Part shown: piece after piece, positions 1 to 224 of the stretch | How positions within the stretch are numbered: the stretch's first letter is position 1 | Layout of the letters: every line of letters starts with the position of its first letter | Assembly (NCBI RefSeq): GCF_003334355.1 | Contig: NZ_QOWP01000120.1 | Reading direction: 5' to 3' (one strand) | DNA length: 224 bases | Source: Escherichia coli | GTDB taxonomy: Bacteria > Pseudomonadota > Gammaproteobacteria > Enterobacterales > Enterobacteriaceae | Position numbers and translations under genes: made by a program | The notes under the pieces: model-generated | Told to the model about the DNA's origin: nothing | The model's input: the letters and a program-made list of their open reading frames with translations, nothing else | The model's database searches: none

Positions 1-16
1 AATTTGAGAGACTCAC

Positions 17-34
17 GAACAACTTTCGTTGTTC
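17..34 (-). other. Small spacer hairpin with GAAA (GNRA) tetraloop
   Basis: Perfect inverted repeat gaacaac (17-23) and gttgttc (28-34) around a 4-nt loop. In minus-sense RNA this is GAACAAC-GAAA-GUUGUUC, a 7-bp stem with a GNRA tetraloop. No U-tract follows in the transcript (next bases are GUGAGUCUCUCAAAUU), so it is not an intrinsic terminator. Confidence 0.5.
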
Positions 35-60
35 AGTGTTTCAATTTTCAGCTTGATCCA

Positions 61-75
61 GATTTTTAAAGAGCA
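61..75 (-). promoter_or_regulatory. Spacer boxA antitermination element (binding site for the NusB/NusE-containing rrn antitermination complex)
   Basis: Minus-strand sequence TGCTCTTTAAAAATC (+ strand gatttttaaagagca) contains the boxA core GCTCTTTAA, close to the rrn leader boxA TGCTCTTTAACAA. It sits immediately 3' of a hairpin in the transcript, the boxB-then-boxA order described for rrn leader and spacer regions. Confidence 0.7.
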
Positions 76-76
76 A

Positions 77-114
77 ATATCTCAAACATCACCCGAAGAT
101 GAGTTTTGAGATAT
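77..114 (-). promoter_or_regulatory. boxB-like stem-loop with UUCG tetraloop, upstream of spacer boxA in the transcript
   Basis: Minus-sense RNA AUAUCUCAAA-AC-UCAUC-UUCG-GGUGA-UG-UUUGAGAUAU. Outer stem is 10 perfect bp (77-86 with 105-114). Inner stem is 5 bp including one G-U wobble that pairs only in minus-sense RNA (it would be a C/A mismatch in plus sense). The stem closes a C(UUCG)G tetraloop (+ strand cgaa at 94-97). Confidence 0.6.
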
Positions 115-148
115 TAAGGTCGGCGACTTTCACTCACAAACCAGCAAG

Positions 149-224
149 TGGCGTCCCCTAGGGGATTCGAACCCCTGTTACCGCCGTGAAAGGGCGGTGT
201 CCTGGGCCTCTAGACGAAGGGGAC
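149..224 (-). tRNA. gltT|gltU|gltV|gltW: tRNA-Glu (anticodon UUC), complete 76-nt gene with encoded 3' CCA
   Basis: Reverse complement of 149-224 reads GTCCCCTTCGTCTAGAGGCCCAGGACACCGCCCTTTCACGGCGGTAACAGGGGTTCGAATCCCCTAGGGGACGCCA. It folds as a cloverleaf: acceptor stem GTCCCCT/AGGGGAC (7 bp), discriminator G, CCA; anticodon stem CCGCC/GGCGG with loop CTTTCAC (anticodon TTC, + strand gaa at 188-190); T-arm AGGGG/CCCCT with loop TTCGAAT. It matches E. coli tRNA-Glu as I remember it. The paralog cannot be resolved from 224 bp; the symbol lists the four E. coli K-12 copies. Confidence 0.95.

Larger units (their letters stand above)
1..148 (-). other. rRNA operon internal transcribed spacer, segment between tRNA-Glu and 23S rRNA (partial; 23S lies beyond position 1)
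   Basis: Reverse complement begins CTTGCTGGTTTGTGAGTGAAAGTCGCCGACCTTAATATCTCAAAACTCATCTTCGGGTGATGTTTGAGATATTTGCTCTTTAAAAATCTGGATCAAGCTGAAAATTGAAACACTGAACAACGAAAGTTGTTCGTGAGTCTCTCAAATT, directly after the tRNA-Glu CCA. This matches the E. coli rrn spacer downstream of tRNA-Glu as I recall it. No open reading frame of meaningful length; the wobble pairs and tetraloops only work in minus-sense RNA. Confidence 0.85.

Noticed and set aside
17-34. GAAA hairpin as a terminator or as the 23S RNase III processing stem
   Set aside because: No U-tract follows it in the transcript. The 23S processing stem is formed by sequences immediately flanking mature 23S, which by my recollection start roughly 60-80 nt beyond the window edge.
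77-114. UUCG hairpin as a rho-independent terminator
   Set aside because: The sequence after the stem in the transcript (UUGCUCUUUAAAAAUC) is not a clean U-tract. It is the boxA motif inside an rRNA operon that must be read through to 23S, so an antitermination hairpin is the better explanation.
1-148. 16S or 23S rRNA sequence inside the window
   Set aside because: The window does not contain the 23S 5' end (GGTTAAGCGACTAAG, which would appear as cttagtcgcttaacc on the + strand) or the 16S 3' end; both lie outside.
99-161. Short + strand ORF, ATG at 99 to TAG at 159-161 (20 codons)
   Set aside because: Far too short, no recognisable ribosome-binding site, and it overlaps the tRNA-Glu gene and structured spacer RNA on the opposite strand; it is a chance ORF.
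1-224. CRISPR repeats, insertion-sequence ends, or other mobile-element signatures
   Set aside because: No direct repeats with regular spacing and no terminal inverted repeats flanking a coding region; the only inverted repeats are the RNA hairpins and tRNA stems already explained.

Overview
This window is the reverse strand of an enterobacterial (E. coli-type) rRNA operon internal transcribed spacer, not a novel system. A complete tRNA-Glu(UUC) gene lies on the minus strand at 149-224, with the 3' CCA encoded in the DNA. Transcription runs from high to low coordinates, so positions 148-1 are the spacer that follows the tRNA and leads toward 23S rRNA, which lies beyond position 1 outside the window. 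The spacer contains a long hairpin capped by a UUCG tetraloop (77-114, boxB-like), immediately followed by the spacer boxA antitermination motif (61-75), and a second small hairpin with a GAAA tetraloop (17-34). There is no credible protein-coding sequence, CRISPR array or mobile element. All identifications are from reading the sequence and from remembered E. coli rrn sequences; no database search was run.
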